Of a DNA stretch of 64,000 bases, positions 62,777 through 64,000 are shown piece by piece (positions within the stretch are counted from its first letter, which is position 1; each line of letters begins with the position of its first letter). The position numbers and the translations under genes are program-made. This stretch comes from the human T2T-CHM13v2.0 reference genome, Homo sapiens: NCBI RefSeq assembly GCF_009914755.1, contig NC_060938.1. One strand, 5' to 3'. Below the pieces are notes generated by a model. That model had not been told where the DNA came from and did not search any database. It saw nothing but the letters and a program-made list of their open reading frames with translations.

Positions 62777-63527
62777 ATGGTATTGATTTGGTAAAACATG
62801 CAAAGGTGGTAAAAGTATAAACCTCAGTAGGAAACTACACTAATCAAAGGATGGACTATTTTGGTATTGCCTGTTAATGCTTAATTTTGTTGATATAAAC
62901 ATAGATGTTTCATTTGGAAATATCTCCCTTGTGATGATATAAAACCAGTTTTATATGAGTTCATTCATTATGTGGTACATATTTTTCTTACTGTATGAAT
63001 TTTTATGCATACTAAAAAGCAGAGTGCCCTAAATCACCATAAAAATTCTATAGTAAAATCATGACACTTCTCAGAATTTTTACCTGATTTTTGCTAGTTT
63101 TGACTCCATTGCACTATAATATAAATTTAATTTAGCTTTAAATGTATTACAGACTTATAGTACAATGTTAACTGGGTGCTCTTACTTTAAGATTCTTTAT
63201 CCCTGAACCCAATTAATAGGTTGTAAAGATTGAGCATTTAAAGATATTGTTGAATGTCAGAAAAGCATAAACCTTGGATATTCTACAGCTCAGTATTTTA
63301 AAAGTCTGATGATATAGTCACAGGTGAATGTAACTGTGATACAGCAAATTAAATTAATGTATCAGGTAGACCTTAAGTACTTACATGTTCCCCTTCTCAA
63401 GCCTAATGGTATAAACCACTCTGGGGTCCTTCATTACAGCAAATCTTTCATTCTATACATACTACATTCCTCATCAAACTGTTAACTCAATCTACGAGCA
63501 ACTCGGCAGCCACTGAGAAGCTGTATT

Positions 63528-63760
63528 TATTTACTCATTCATACTTTTCGTAGTGTATCTTTTTTGCTGTTTGTTTGCTGGGTCAATAGCAAATCAGAGT
63601 TAAATCAATAGTCACTCCTACTTGCCTTTGTGGTCTGGTCTAGCCAAATAGGTACAGTCTGATTTCAAATACGTGATTACCTCTGTGTAAAGAGAGAGGA
63701 AAATATGACCACTGGGAGGAAAATGATTTGATGGTATTTGAAATATTTATTTTGCTAAAT
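63528..63760 (-). mobile_element. L2 3' end
   Basis: tatttactcattcatac...agtcactcctacttgcctttgtggtctggtctag. Confidence 0.5.
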
Positions 63761-64000
63761 AAAAAGGTCTGAAGTAAATGTGGTAAAAGTTAATGTTTAA
63801 AAATTCAATGTTCACTATATAGGGGCAAAAAATAGGATATAAGCTAATATGATGTAAAAAAATGGACACCAAATACAGAAGCTGAAAACACAATGGAAGC
63901 TTATTTCTATTTACATAGTATGCGGTGTAGAGGCAGGCAGCTCTGCTCAACAAGATCAAGATGGGGTCTGGCTTTCTTCTGTCTTAATGTTAGCTCTGTC

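Noticed and set aside
62285-62820. Y/I/H/T-rich ORFs
   Set aside because: Translations of dinucleotide repeats.

Overview
Hominid (most likely human) non-coding, AT-rich, CpG-poor genomic DNA. I find no supportable cellular gene, RNA gene or CpG island. Much of the window is transposon debris: eight Alus (including a near-consensus AluYc1-type copy) plus an Alu stump, L1PA3/4/6/7 and older L1M fragments, a dozen or so MaLR/ERVL solo LTRs, MER30, MADE1, MER5, MIR and L2. The only protein-like ORFs are broken L1 ORF2 pieces. I do not see a new multi-gene biological system. What is notable is a set of readable retrotransposition and mutation scars: (1) an Alu monomer flanked by a ~175-bp direct duplication; (2) a 5'-inverted L1PA3 carrying a 3' transduction inside a perfect 16-bp TSD; (3) three independent twin-primed L1s; (4) an L1MA whose two ends are joined by an Alu stump; (5) two unrelated repeats carrying the same 12-bp hairpin plus tandem-duplication signature. 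Subfamily names come from recalled consensus sequences and need RepeatMasker/Dfam confirmation; boundaries of old repeats are approximate.
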